The translations under genes and the position numbers were made by a program. Shown in pieces: positions 1-13,096 of a stretch of DNA of 64,000 bases (the first letter of the stretch is position 1; each line of letters opens with the position of its first letter). This stretch comes from Lingula anatina. Lineage: Eukaryota > Animalia > Brachiopoda. The notes under the pieces are model-generated. The model saw only the letters and a program-made list of their open reading frames with translations. It did no database searches and was not told where the DNA came from. Location of the stretch: NCBI GenBank assembly GCA_051362555.1, contig CM120647.1, positions 14,918,651 to 14,982,650 of the forward strand, given 5' to 3'.

Positions 1-1423
1 AAGGTATTAAAGAAAATGATAGCCTCCGGACAGTGATATGTTACACAGTCAAAGAACTCACTACAGTAAATCATGAAAAGTCAGTAATTGCTGGTATGAC
101 CTCCAGCAGCCGCTTGCAGCGCCCTCATCCTACATGGCATACCATGTGACACGTTTTTTAGAGTTTGGATGGGGATATCATTCCACGCAGTGATATTTGC
201 CTGTCGCAGTTCATTACTATTTACCGGCCGAGGACCATAGCTATTAATTATGTGAGTTACTTCCGCCCACAAATTTTCAATTGGGTTCATATCTGGTGAG
301 TTCGCAGGCCAGGGCAGTTGCTGAACCCATTGGTTTTGAAGAAAAACATTGTTTCTGCGGCCTCGATGTGGGGTTGCGCAGTCGTCTTGGTACACAAAGT
401 TGTTCCTGAAGATGACTCTTACCAATCGAAGCATTGTTTGCTGTAGAATGTCTCTGTGGGAATCCTGGATGAGGTTGCCTCCTAGAAAAAACAACTGGTT
501 CTGGGCACCAACATGAAATGCTCCCCAAACAGAGACGTTACCATCCCCTGCTTGCACCCTAGGCAGTACACAATCATCGTTTTATGCCCCTCGTACACGT
601 CGGTGGACACGGATTCCACCATCAACCCTAAAAAATCCGTATCTGGCCGCATTACTGAAAACGACGTGATTCCAGTGTTTTGGCTGCAAACGCATGTGGT
701 CCCCAGCCCATTGCAGACGTCGCTGTATATGACCTGCTGTTAACAGCGGTTTCCCTACTGGTCTTCGTGCAAAATAACCAGCTTGCAGTAATCTCTTTTT
801 CATGATGTACCTTGAAACGGGCGTTTGAATGACATCACACCTCTCTTTTCTGAGGACACTGGTTGTCTTTGTACGACCAGCACGGCGTCCTCTAGGGAGA
901 AGGCGATCCTGTCTTCTTGGCGTGATACGCGGACACCCTGGTCGAGGTATTGGAGTAGGTGCCCCTGTTGCAGCATTTCTTTGGAGGACTTCACAAACGG
1001 TTCCTGATAAATGTTGAATCACCTGGCAATGGCTGTCCGTTTCTGGCCATTTTCTCTGAGAGCAAGAATCCCATAGTAAGCTGCGTTGCTTAGCTGTCGA
1101 ACCATATCTTCACTAAGGTACCTGTCAAGTTTCAGAGCGATCCCTTTGTTGCTTCTCTAAACACATTCCAAAGATTGACCAAAACCATGCGTTTTTATAC
1201 AAGGGCAGTAATTGCCGAAAAGACCACCCCTCACATTTATAACCACAGAACATGCAACTGCATGCATCAATTGTTTCGAGAGTTGTGTGGTAATTAGGTT
1301 ACACACCTGGCTACACATGAAGTGACACCTAAGCTTTGGATTTAAAGTAGTTAGGGAGAAATTAAATATTTTGTAGAAAATTTACTCGCCAAAAATAATA
1401 TTCCATATTAAGTGGTAACCCTG
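1..1423 (-). mobile_element. Tc1/mariner (DD34E) DNA transposon, decayed; left end lies outside the window
   Basis: Minus-strand transposase pieces (ATG about 1105; ORFs 582-1022 and 81-557): paired-like HTH region (PRPGCPRITPRRQDR), WNHVVFSN (first catalytic D changed to N), YQDD-34 aa-E (SPDMNPIENLW). Candidate terminus CAGGGTTACCACTTAAT at 1423 flanked by TA (1424-1425). Confidence 0.9.
81..1105 (-). pseudogene. Tc1 transposase pseudogene (disrupted reading frame, mutated catalytic Asp)
   Basis: Split into two ORFs by an internal stop; FSDE motif reads FSNA. Confidence 0.88.
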
Positions 1424-3297
1424 TATAGTATAGTACATTTTGTCTTAAACAAAAATATTCATTTTAATCATCCCAAATTGTTAAAAAGGTAATAGAAGAT
1501 ATAAAATAAAAATTACCTTGTGTGGAAATATTCGACAGTGATGTTGGCAGAAGTCTTCCAATGCGCCCTCCTTTCTATTGGTTTGCCTACACATAAATAT
1601 TGGCGAGAGAATCAGTTCTGGGCATCCTTTTATTCGCTCTTGTTTTTACATTTTCGGCTGTCCCCAACTGTGGTGGGTGGCAGCGGTAGATCCGTAATTA
1701 TATCACTTAATTAGAGACAATTGGTTTAAGTTTCCTATTTGTCACAGCTGTTCATGCTGGATCCGGAGTAAATCGAGGGTGACATTGCTGTAAGGGTTAG
1801 TTTATCGGTTATTACTGCTCGTTATTGGTCAATTATCATAAATTATCATACCTGGCAGGTGTGCCAGGACCCTTGATGCCTTACATGTTTGCAATTTGAT
1901 TTAATCCTGGACAACAGATTAAGGTGCTGCTAGAATTTGTTTTTAATTAAGAAGTATTTTCACTTTAAGTGGTTGCAGGTGAGCCATTGAATTGTTCAGT
2001 TAGACTTGAACGATATAGGCTATTTATTTATTCATTTACTTATTTATCTTTTTTATTGTATTTATTTATCTTTTTGTTTTTGTTTATTTGTTTGTGTGAG
2101 GGTTGATTTATTTGTTTATTTTAAACATTTTTATTTATCCATGTATTGCTTTATATCAGCAACAAAACAAAAAATATTTTAAAATAAATGAGTCTTTTGA
2201 TCAACTTCGTTTTGTGAATGAAGTAAAAAATATTTACGCAGACTTTATGCTAATGACCAGCAATATGTTCGTTTTAAATCGGTCACTTAAAGTAAACTTT
2301 CTAAAGTATGCCGTATTTTTATGCAAAAGGTAATTTGCTATGACCCACTAGAGCCCAATGTTACCACGAAGCCATGGAAGCTTCGTTGATACGTCATGAT
2401 CAGATGGAAACTTTCAACCTTTAGCAAGACCCTAAAAAGAGAGAATAAACAGCAACATTCAAATGTGTAATTATTGGTGCGATTTCAATTTAAGCAATTG
2501 CAGAGATGAAAATTTTGTGTTAAACATATTTGGCAAATAATTCCGCCGAGAAGCTATCGTTTTTCTACCGAACGCGGTTGACAGGTGATATTACGTGCTG
2601 TTATACTGGAAAAGCTACTGAATCAATTCAAGTTCGATCGCTTTCTTTGATAAGCCTGCTCGGAACGTTCCTATTTAGATGACTTCAGATGCTTTTATTT
2701 TCATTTTATTTTGAACTAATATAACGTTTGGTTTCACCTTTGACGTTATAGAGCACGAGGAGGTCCACAGCTGTTCACACCTCGGCGGTTTTAGTATTGA
2801 GTAGTCTTTACTCTTTCCAATGTCAACTACGGACTTGCCCCGGGTACTGTATGAACATATGAACAGTCTTGAGAAGCAAGGGCTCAAGATAGGAAAGGAG
2901 GGGCATAAAAAGACGAAATGTGTACCTGTTAAAAGGGATAGAGGAGACGGGACTTTTGTAAAAAAATCAAAAATGTTCTCTCTGATAATCTGATAAGAAG
3001 ATAGGACATTTTGATGAAATGCAGTACATACGGAGTTAGCTATACCTCAATTTAAGTTCAGTATCTGTGGCACATACATAAGGACTTTTAACTGAAGAGA
3101 AATGAAATATTATTGACGACACAGACTTTATTCTAATGAGCAGCAATATGTTCGTTTTAAAGCGATCACTTATTGCAAACTTTCAAAAGCATACCGTATT
3201 TTTATGCAAAAGGTAATTTGCAAAGTCCCACGACAGCCCACATCCGTTTTCGTGACATCCCGATTCAGGAGGCAGGTCGATGTCGTGGTGGACTGAC

Positions 3298-3385
3298 GTG
3301 CGCCACCCGGGATTCGAACCCGTTTCTTTGAGTTGCCTTGCTTCAATTGCATCCATGCACGCTACCGACTGCGCCGTAACGGACC
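3298..3385 (-). pseudogene. tRNA-like relic (tRNA pseudogene or SINE head)
   Basis: Minus strand: D-arm/A-box GGCGCAGTCGGTAGCG, then CATGGATGCAA, B-box GGTTCGAATCC. Acceptor stem does not pair. Confidence 0.6.
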
Positions 3386-3760
3386 CACCGACCCACCGTC
3401 GGTACGGGTTTCCTCTGAAAGTAACCAATCGCAATTTTTAAAAATTAATTTCGGCAAAAATTGAGATAATATCTGGTAGGGTTAGAACCAGCGTACGAGT
3501 GTCTGATTATTTGCAAGACAGCAATATTACCACGCAGCCACGACAGTTTCGTTGACACGAGATGATCAGATGGAAACTTTCAACCGAGTCACGGAGAGGG
3601 CCAGGTTGGATGTACATGTGTATATCTGCTATCCCAATCAATAATCCGGGTGCCGCATTTCATCCCACGCAACCCCAGTCCCTGACCATGGTTTATCTTG
3701 AACGGTAAAGTTCATGATGTACAGGAAGCCGTGTTTGAGAACCCGACACGGAGCTTTGAG

Positions 3761-4066
3761 TTTGTTAGCTCCGCCAAGGAGGTTATGTTTTTGGTTCCTT
3801 TAGTTTATCTGTCTGTCTGTCTGTCTGTTAGCAACATTACAGAAAAAGTTATCGACCGATTTTGATGAAATTTTCAGGAACTGTCAGAAGTGGACGAGGG
3901 AACAGATGATTAGTTATTGGTGGTGATCTGGATCATTAATCAATCAATAATCAAAAATCGAAAAACTTAATCATTATAGAATGAAAATTTAGGGGTGAAA
4001 CGGCATTGGGTGGAGACTTTGCTGCCTTGGCGGAGGTCTGCGCTCTCAGAGTGCTTTTTTAGTTTT
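3761..4066 (+). mobile_element. Non-autonomous Helentron (HINE/DINE-1-like) rolling-circle element
   Basis: Sub-terminal inverted repeats CTCCGCCAAGG (3769) / CCTTGGCGGAG (4025), internal (GTCT)n, 3' hairpin GCGCTCTCAGAGTGC, T-rich ends. Confidence 0.85.
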
Positions 4067-4194
4067 ATACTAAGATTAATTTTGGCTTTGCCCAAAAAAG
4101 TAATTTTTGCAAAAGGTAATTTGGTATGTCCAACGAGAGCCCACATTCGTTCCAGTGACTTTCCGATACCAGGGCCTGGTCGACGTCGTTGTTG

Positions 4195-4305
4195 TGGTGC
4201 GTCATCCTGGATTTGAACGCGTGGCTCTCCGTTACCATGGGTTGATGACTACTTTACATTTGTATTTGCATCCATGCAAGCTCCCGACTGCGCAGTTTCT
4301 GTGCC
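4195..4305 (-). pseudogene. tRNA-like relic, paralogue of 3298-3385, with intron-like insert after a GCA anticodon
   Basis: Minus strand: GCGCAGTCGGGAGC, anticodon stem CATGG..CCATG enclosing AT-GCA-A plus about 24 extra nt, degenerate B-box GTTCAAATCC. Confidence 0.5.
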
Positions 4306-5532
4306 GCCCACCCTCCGTACCTACGAGTTTGTCCTTACAGTAATCAAACGCAATATTTGTAAATTATTTCTGGCAAAAAAAATAAATAAATAAAAATAAA
4401 AAAAAATAGTCGCATTCTCGAGCTCGAACCCGTGTAGGAGTACGAAACTTTCAACCTTCTCGAGCTCACGAAGAGGAACAGTTTGGATATACACGTAAAC
4501 ATCTGCAATTACGATCGATAGACGGAGTGCCGCATTTCTGCCCGAGCCACGCCAGGCCCCGAACAAAGTCTTCTCATAAACACTGAAGTTCATCATGCCC
4601 ACTAAACCTTGTTTGAGAACCTACAATGAAGCGTTCCTACATATAGATGACTTTCTTTAAATGTCAGTCAGTGAGAAATTGTTTGCTTCCACTATGAACA
4701 TTTAATGATAACGAAGGCGGTTCACACCGAGACGGTTTTAGTTAAAGCAAGCCCCTATGAAGAGGGAATAGTTAAAAACTTTCAAATGTGTCAATAGTGG
4801 TGCCCTTTCCATTCTCTGTCAGTCAGTGAAGAATTGGTTGCTTCATCTATGACGGTAAAATCACACTTATATTCCCCTCTTGAAATTAGAATTTAGACTG
4901 GATGAATCATGGTTCTAAACCGTGCCATGATGTACTATTCCCCCTTTAAAATACCACAGTTTTCGGGGCTCTTCAGCAGGTCCTGAACCCCACACGGGGG
5001 GGGGGGGGGGAAATGGTCGGCTTTGCATCCGCGGAATTCCCCTCCCCCCCCCCCCCTTCAAATAATCCTGGACCCGCCCCTGGTGTGTATATAGCTATCT
5101 CATTTATCCTTCAGTCTTTGTCCAATTGAATTTAAATATGCCAAGTGAATTTTAAACAATTCTTGCAGCATTAAATAAATTAATCAATTGACTTTTCATT
5201 GACAGGCAGCTCATCAATTAAGCTGTTCCATGAACGTATTACCCACTTTTCAACACGTCAGTGTTGACGAAAAGTGTCTGTTACATCAAAATCATAATTT
5301 GCATTGTGTCGAATACTACAGTTGCTGTTAATAACAATAACAACACACATTGTCGTTATTTCCAACTGTACACATGATGTTTGTTAAGGCACCGCATGAA
5401 AGATAAGCAAATCTCGCGACAATGCACGCTCACACTGCCGCCATTCATCGCCTTATCATAACAAAGGGCGAAAGGGGCACGCGCATATTTACCCGCCCTT
5501 TGACAGCATTCACCGACGTGTGAATCTAGGTC

Positions 5533-5546
5533 GTTTCCATGGACGC
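5533..5546 (+). promoter_or_regulatory. RFX X-box-like motif about 110 bp upstream of the 5657 ATG
   Basis: GTTTCCATGGACGC: strong left half and CCATGG core, imperfect right half. Confidence 0.45.
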
Positions 5547-5656
5547 CACATCGACTGCGGGCAAGGCATTAGTTAACATAGAGCCTTGCCACACTGAGAC
5601 GTGACGCCGTGTTGTGATTGTTTCGTTGGAAGTTTTCTCTTGGCTACAAGGAGAAA

Positions 5657-7113
5657 ATGTCGGATCACGAAGGGGAGGAGGTAAGCGTTTCATAGATTTA
5701 GAAAATACAGTAGGAATTAATGGTTTGGATGAAGGTTGTTACACGTAGTACTTAAGGATCTCGCTTCACTAGTAATCTGTTGATCGACCACTCATGGACC
5801 ATTAAATGTTGATTACGAGCGTCCTTGCCTCTATCACTTAATAGCACGGAGAGGATCCTTAACTGACCATATAGTCCTGCGATTTATATAGCTCTAACAT
5901 TTCACTGTACGAAGATTGGTTACACCCCTCCCCAAGAGGACCCTAAAATTTAGGCAATATTAATGGTCGAAGGTGGCTTTCCAATACAGCTACACAAAGT
6001 ATGCTACTCCCGTCCCCCCGTTGGAGCCCTGTACATAGTAATACATTTGTAGACGGAGAGAACTGTGGTCGTAAAATACTGTACATGCCCAGCTGAATTG
6101 CCTCGTCATAAAGAGAACCTCATATGAGGTGCACATGTACATATTTAGCGACCTCTGTTCAATATATGGATCAGTAGATCTTAACGACTGTGTAATGTGA
6201 ATGAAAAATTTACAGAAGATCGTGCGCAGGTAGGTAACCAAAACAAAAAACACCTAAAAGTGAAACAAAAGAAAACAAAGATGTCCTATTCCCTTTTTGC
6301 TTCTTAACTGACCTGGTTGAAAAAAATGAGGGGTCCCCCCCCCCCCCCCCCCCCCACACACACACACTGTCTTCAGTGCCTATATGACGATCCATTGCTG
6401 TCTCGTTAATGTATTTATGTATCTATGCATTTTTCATTTGCTTTTCACCATTTATTTGTCTGAAAAGACGACTAAGGTGCCAAATAATCACAGTTATTTG
6501 CATTTTCTTTCCCTTTAAAAAGAGATCTTTACCCGTTGTCATAGCCCATAAGGCGAAATCACAGTCAAAGCATAACCCGTATTTTAATATGTTCATATAC
6601 AGCTCAATGCGCGTCGTGGTTAACTACGGTTTTGTTTTGCACATCATTTCCTTTTGATAACAGCGTTCCCTTCCTTTGAAATGGACAGCAATTGTCCGAG
6701 ATGAAAAGTTAATAGCGTTTCTTCGATCCAGCTCAGAGTGGTTTGTAGTGGTTATATAGATGACATTACTCCTTATTGAACGCTGACAATATTCAAACAT
6801 GAACTAGTTGATCTTTGTGAAGTGTGAAATATTCAGACAAAAGGCGCTCTCGCTGTCTTATTGATAGCGGTTGATAACTACTGTTAGCCGTTTCTTTGAT
6901 TACTGGCTTTTGAATTATTATTCAAGCAGATAATCTCACTGAGCGTTTTACTGAGTAAAAGTAGATAAATGCATTAACTGGTCGATTATAGGGGTTTTAG
7001 GTCAAATTTAGCATGCTTGATTACATGAAGTGTCTGCGGGGTATCAGTGCTTTGGATTACTAGTTTTTTGACAGCGACGAATGTTAGTGAAATATGTCTG
7101 TTCATACACGCAT

Positions 7114-7154
<41 letters not shown>

Positions 7155-7463
7155 AAAAAGAATGACATTCATGTGCTATATATGTGGATAAAAACAAAGC
7201 GTGTGTTATAGTTCATCAATAGGAATGATGTTTCATGTGGAGTGAAGCGACCCGCAAATATTTTTTATAGATTTTTAAGCATTTTACAAACAAATGCTGT
7301 GATTGCGTATAATAAACTAATATGTATTTTCTATGTTTTTTCAGAAACACAAAGATTCACATGGTAGGTTTTCCATACTGAAAGACAGATATGAAAGTGG
7401 GATCAACCGTACAAAAAGCTAAATTCTCTCTCTCTCTCTCTCTTTTCTCTCTCAAACAAGCGC

Positions 7464-7508
<45 letters not shown>

Positions 7509-8719
7509 ATGCACGCATGGTAAAACGGGTAAATGTAAAAATTAATTAACGAAGTGTGTAAGAATTTTTTGTTTAACGACAATTTGAACAGCAAAAATAT
7601 TTACAAATCTTTCAAAAGACGGCGAGGACAAACATGAGACAGACGCCGAGAAAAAGAGAAAAGAATATTTCAAGGAGGAGCTGCGTCGATTGCAGAAAAA
7701 CCTCAAAGAAGAAAAAGAAAAGATCAAGCCGCCACCAATGTAAGTATTTTCTCAGTCCTCCTGGCTTCAGTTTCACAATAAATAAATAAATAAATAAATA
7801 AATAAAACGCGGTGGTGTTCACCTTTGAGAGGCCAAGCGGAGGTGGGGGTGGGTGGGATGCTCCAAGAATCCCTTCATAACCCACTTCTACTCAGTGATT
7901 AGATTTAAATGGTGTCCCTTCCCCTTTAAAACAATACTTAACAATGCATTGTTTGGAAATACCGAGGATTAGCTAATGTAACTACTATAAGGCCAATCTC
8001 TGCTTGCCACTTTAGTTATATTCGATACTTCTTTGTTTATAAGCTGATTTCTTTATCAGAAAAAAAGGCAAAGTTGATGTATTATTAATGCTGCTGTGCA
8101 GTGCTTTCCTTGGTTGTTGATTTTGAACGTGGGAAAAGTAAGCACTTAAAAATGGTAGAAAATATCGATCTAAAATGTCCCATTCTTTATAATACGAATA
8201 TTAATTTGCTTAAAGAGCCCAGTGTACACTATCTGATGTCAATATTTGGTAGAGCAGAACTGTTTACGAAGGCTAAGATACGTGTTGTATTTCAGGTATC
8301 TTGTGTAACCATTGCTAATGCTAATAGTTTTTTTTTTAATTGAATCAAGGGTGGTTTTAGGATTTCTTTATGTATTATGATTGGTTACAAATATTTTAAG
8401 ATCTCAAACCCGTTATCAGTCAATAAAACAATTTGGTGTTCATGAGAAACTTTCCCCCTGTGTGTTTAACATGCATTATTCCTTATTTCAACGATTTCGT
8501 AATATAGCGACGTTTGTTACATAGGTCGAATTTCTTTTACTATCGATGTACTGTTACACGATTACAAATACGTAGTGATGTTGTAGGTGTTAAATATTAA
8601 CGACCCTGGCGAACAGGTAATTTTCCTCATTCCAGATCAGTATATTTCATGACATTGATTTCATATAAACTGCATTTTTTGTTGTCAGGTGCGTCAAACA
8701 TCCAAGAATTTTCACTATC

Positions 8720-8767
<48 letters not shown>

Positions 8768-11126
8768 TATTTAACGCCTAAGTAAGGAAACTGTGTCTGT
8801 ATGTTTCAGCAAGGAACACTCCCCATTTATTTTCAACACGTTAGGGCCATACTGCGGTACATCCGCAGCCAGCTACTTAATAAATGGGGTAAGTATTCAA
8901 TAGGACATGGTCAGGGTCTAATGCTTGCTAGATGAGCTATCCATTTTATTTATGATAAAAAATATAATTGTTTAACTTATGTCTCATTATATTATGCATT
9001 TTGGCTCAAACATTGTGCTTGTTTCCTGTCATTGTTGATTATTTTAACCAGTGGTTTTAAAAACCACATACCACTTTCCTTATCTCGATAGATTAACAAT
9101 TTCATAAAAAATACAAAGGAATAAATGAATGTTAAATACATTTATCAATTAATTTATGAAATTAAGACTCTTAAGAAAACTTGCCGTTACCCATTTTTAC
9201 ATTTCAGCCTGAAGACACGAAACTGGTTTCCCGTTCTTACGCGACCAGGGCGACAGCTATCGGACTGTGTGACCCCTGGACTGCCCTCGCTATGGACCAA
9301 AAGCCCAGTCCTAGGGTGGAACCCCCAGAAATTAAATCGCTGGACGAGCTTTCGGCGTAAGTCCAGTTTTGCCAAGACCCTTTAGCTAGATTTCTTTTGA
9401 GAAAGTAAAAATAAAAGTTTGGAGAGTCTAAATAATTCCCGCCCCATCAGCACACGAACGAAACGTAGAGCCTCGATATGAAACCAGACAACTTTTGTGT
9501 TTTTAATCTCCAAATACTTTAAAAAATCAATTAAGTTAATAAAAACGCCAGGAACAAGAACTTCTTAAATCGTACATTTTATATTAATGATTATTAAAGA
9601 TCATAATAATAAAAGAGTCGCATTTCGATTTACTCCATGCTATGGTCTTTATTGAAAAATAGCAATTTTTTGAGATTACAAATTGCATCGTATTGTTTGG
9701 TTCCATTGCCTCGCTTTCAAAAATTAGAACTGGCGCTGCAAAACCGGAAGACGAAGTTAAAAAATTTATATTGGCCGAGTTCGCCCTGGAACAAGAATGT
9801 CCTCGCAGCATTATCTGCAATCAACCTTCCTACGATTTTAAATACATTTTGCAATGTCATTTTCAATCTGGCACATGGCGCATTTTATGTATCAAGAGTG
9901 GGGGAGGGGTGAAAAATCCCAATTGGGGCCACATATAACACTATAAATACAATGGGAATCCACTTGTAATGAAGCTAAAATAAATGTTATTCTAAGGAAT
10001 TCCGATGGATTTACTTTTTAAAACACAAAATCAATAAAACATTTCTAATTTAAAATTTCAAAAAGACACCAGAGAGCAAATGAAATAAAATCAACCAGAC
10101 GGTAACCACCGGCAGGCTTTGTCAATTTCACGAACTTGTTTATTTCAAATAGCGCACTTTTCGTGCATGCGCAGTTGTTTGAATGAATGGTTCACAGGAC
10201 CAGGCAATGGCAAATTCGTATCTTCGGATATTTTTGTATGCGGTTCATAAAAAATTCAACTTGATTTCTGGTGGTTTCTTTGATATTTCATCAGTAATAT
10301 GTTCATTCTTATCTCAAATAATTCATTATTTTATATTCAGGCAGAGGCTTGCAAGAATAAGGTACTATAGATATTTCATCCGTTTCTAGATCTCGTAACG
10401 ATTTAGTCTTTTTTTTTTCCTGTGCACTACGAAATGTGTAACCTGATGTTTTCCATATACACCCTCCATCCGCTTTTTCTGATATCTTGGTATTAGATAT
10501 TTTAACTTAAGTCCAAGAAACCCAGCAGCACATTATGTAAAAATTACCAGAACGCTTCCAACAGTCGAGAAGTACGCACCTGATTACCCTTCCATCACTC
10601 ATGCTGTTTTTTTTTTTTTTTTTTTTTTTTACCTAAACAAATATAAACATGTAAATAAACATGTCTAGAGAAAGCCTAGATAAAATACAGATTCTGCTGG
10701 TATAACAATTTTAGAATTTTAAATATATCTTGTGTAGGCTCAAGTACACGTACTTTACCCGAAATTCAATTTAATAATAAGAATTTAAACCGGTCGGTAA
10801 CCTTTTTAATGGTTTTAAAACGGTGAGCTAGAATTAAAAAGTTACATTATTATCATTAACTGATTAGTCAATTACTTAATAATCTAGTCATTAACTATTA
10901 TATTTAACTGCCTACATGCATTAATGATTAATTTTTCAGATCAAGAAAAAAAGAAGATAAAGATCGTCCAAAGAAAGAGGGCAGCACCCGTCTGCCTAAG
11001 TTTCCTGCTGTGGAGGTGGACGCCAAGGACATGAGGGATAGAAAACTGCTATACAGTGACGTCGCTACTTTGAGGTGCAGTGACACTGGGGGTTCTCTCT
11101 CTTTCTCCCTCTCTCTCTCCCTTCCT

Positions 11127-11164
<38 letters not shown>

Positions 11165-11777
11165 CTATTTGGTAATATATTAATTTTTTTGTTGGAAGGG
11201 ATATGTTTATGCTATATTTCACATACACTGCCTTTTTTGGCCTTTATGTAGGCCCCAAGTTTCATCAATTTTTGTTCGGTGGAATAATTCTAAATTTAGA
11301 AGTCCTGTATAATTAAGTGAGTTATGAAAGAAGTGCTTAGACATATGTATATCATAAAGTTTAAGTCAGTTCAATCGCCATCACTTAAACACATCTTTTC
11401 TTTTTTCATACAGACAGGAGATAAAAGATAAATATACGACAAGTGCGCAGAAGCGAGTTAACGAAGAATATAACAGAACTAAACAGGACTTTTTCCGTAT
11501 GGAACTGGACAAAATGGAAGAAATCCACCCAAACAGTCGACCCATCATGCGATCGGCTTATTTTGCTTATTTACAAAATACTCCGGGGGCCAAGAAAGCT
11601 GTAAAGGAATGTATCAAGGAAATGGATGCGAAAATGACAGGATCTTCGCAACAGAGCACGCCGCGGGAGGAAAAAGAAGAAGAGAGGTCAGAGGTCAGGG
11701 ACGAGCAAGAAGAGCCAAGGGAAACGCCTCATCCTCAACCGGAAGAGCCTGCGACGGCCGTGGAGGCTTCCGAATAA
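5657..11777 (+). CDS. Uncharacterised 328-aa charged protein, 9 coding exons (possibly ciliary)
   Basis: Exons 5657-5680, 7345-7363, 7619-7739, 8810-8888, 9208-9356, 10341-10361, 10497-10571, 10940-11074, 11414-11777. All GT-AG, phases consistent, 987 nt open frame (MSDHEGEEKHKDSH...YNRTKQDFFRMELDKMEEIHPNSRPIMRSAYFAYLQNTPGAKKAVKECI...). Confidence 0.8.
7111..7151. repeat. (CA)n microsatellite (others at about 7468-7505, 32961-33016, 63224-63248)
   Basis: Direct inspection. Confidence 0.95.
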
Positions 11778-13096
11778 TTTGACTAATTGAATTTTCTAAT
11801 ATACTATCTCATTTAGCATAATAGCAGTCCACTTGGCCAAACGTGCAGGAGAAATATCGTTAAAATATAATAATTTTACTGGCGTATTTAATTACGTTAC
11901 ACCTGAGAATAGATCAGAGTTCACGCAATTGGGAATTAAGAAAGAAGATAAAGTTATTTCTGATTGATATATTTTTTCTTTTATCTTTTTCATGATTGCA
12001 TTCAGATTTGCGTCTGTGACATTTATATTGATTAGTCAAGGATGAAAAAACTGATCTTTAACGCAAGTGTGAAAATCATGACAAGTCAATTGAAACCTTA
12101 TTAAACAGCTACTTTACAATACTTTTTTCAGCAGCTATCAACCGGTTTTCTTCAGCGCTAGCGACGCAGCCGTCTTCTCTAGATTAAAAAAATCTGTATA
12201 AATGGTATTTAAATCGAACGGATATCATCTAATCAAGATCGTTTTTTAATTGTGGGCTATTTCCAAGTACATTATTTTCATGGGTGCTGAAACCCACAAA
12301 TGTATATATATATTAGTCGCACGCATAAAACGGTTGAACACAGTTCTTGGGGGTAAAAATGTCAAATATTAGATTGTGATACTGAATGAGGGTGAGAGTT
12401 CTACGCAATTAAACGTTTGCCGAATAATTACAGTTGTTAATTGTCTTGCTGTTTCAAGGGTTAATCGTTCAGCGGACACCAGGGTGTGAGGTTTAATCAA
12501 ATAAAATATTAACAAAGAATTGAAATTCCCTTAGTGTTTGTTCAGTTTCTGATATGTAAATTTCAATTTCTCTGGCAACATGGTGAGAATCTCCGACAGA
12601 AAATAATTCACGGGCAGCCTTTACATAGATCTGACACACACCTTGAAAACGGGTAGTGTGGTCCGATATACCGGTTAATTCAGGATCCTGATGTGCCGAG
12701 TCTGGTAGTTGGATAGGCCTGCTAGAACTAGACAGCGTTTACCTAGACCTTTTTTTAGAATTTAAGATCGCCGACTCCATCCAACATGAGACTTAACAAT
12801 GGCAGCTTAAGACACCACAATGGGAAAAAAAACATCTTTCATCCTCTTTTAACTAAATTCGATACAAGCAACCATTGGCAGAGAAGATCTTTCCCAAAGT
12901 TTCCATCTCAGATGCAAAAGCCAACACATGGATCCATTTCTTCAGACATTTTATTTTTGAATTATTTTTCATTGACAGTTTTTCTTTTTTTACTATGTAC
13001 AACAAAGTCTGTACATATTCATAAGGTCTCTCGTAATTGGCATGTATAAGAGAGTTCATAATTGTTGGAGGCATCATTTTATCTTGTGGGCATGGT

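Larger units (their letters stand above)
2239..4620. repeat. Degenerate tandem triplication (about 0.9-1 kb period) containing tRNA-like segments
   Basis: CAGACTTTAT..CAGCAATATGTTCGTTTTAAA..ATTTTTATGCAAAAGGTAATTTG at about 2239 and 3122 (tail also at about 4103); GATCAGATGGAAACTTTCAACC at about 2398 and 3563, GAAACTTTCAACC at about 4444; GTTTGAGAACC at about 3733 and 4611. Confidence 0.75.

Noticed and set aside
9584-9938. Overlapping short ORFs in intron 5 of the 5657 gene
   Set aside because: The gene splices in frame without them; no recognisable domain or good splice sites.
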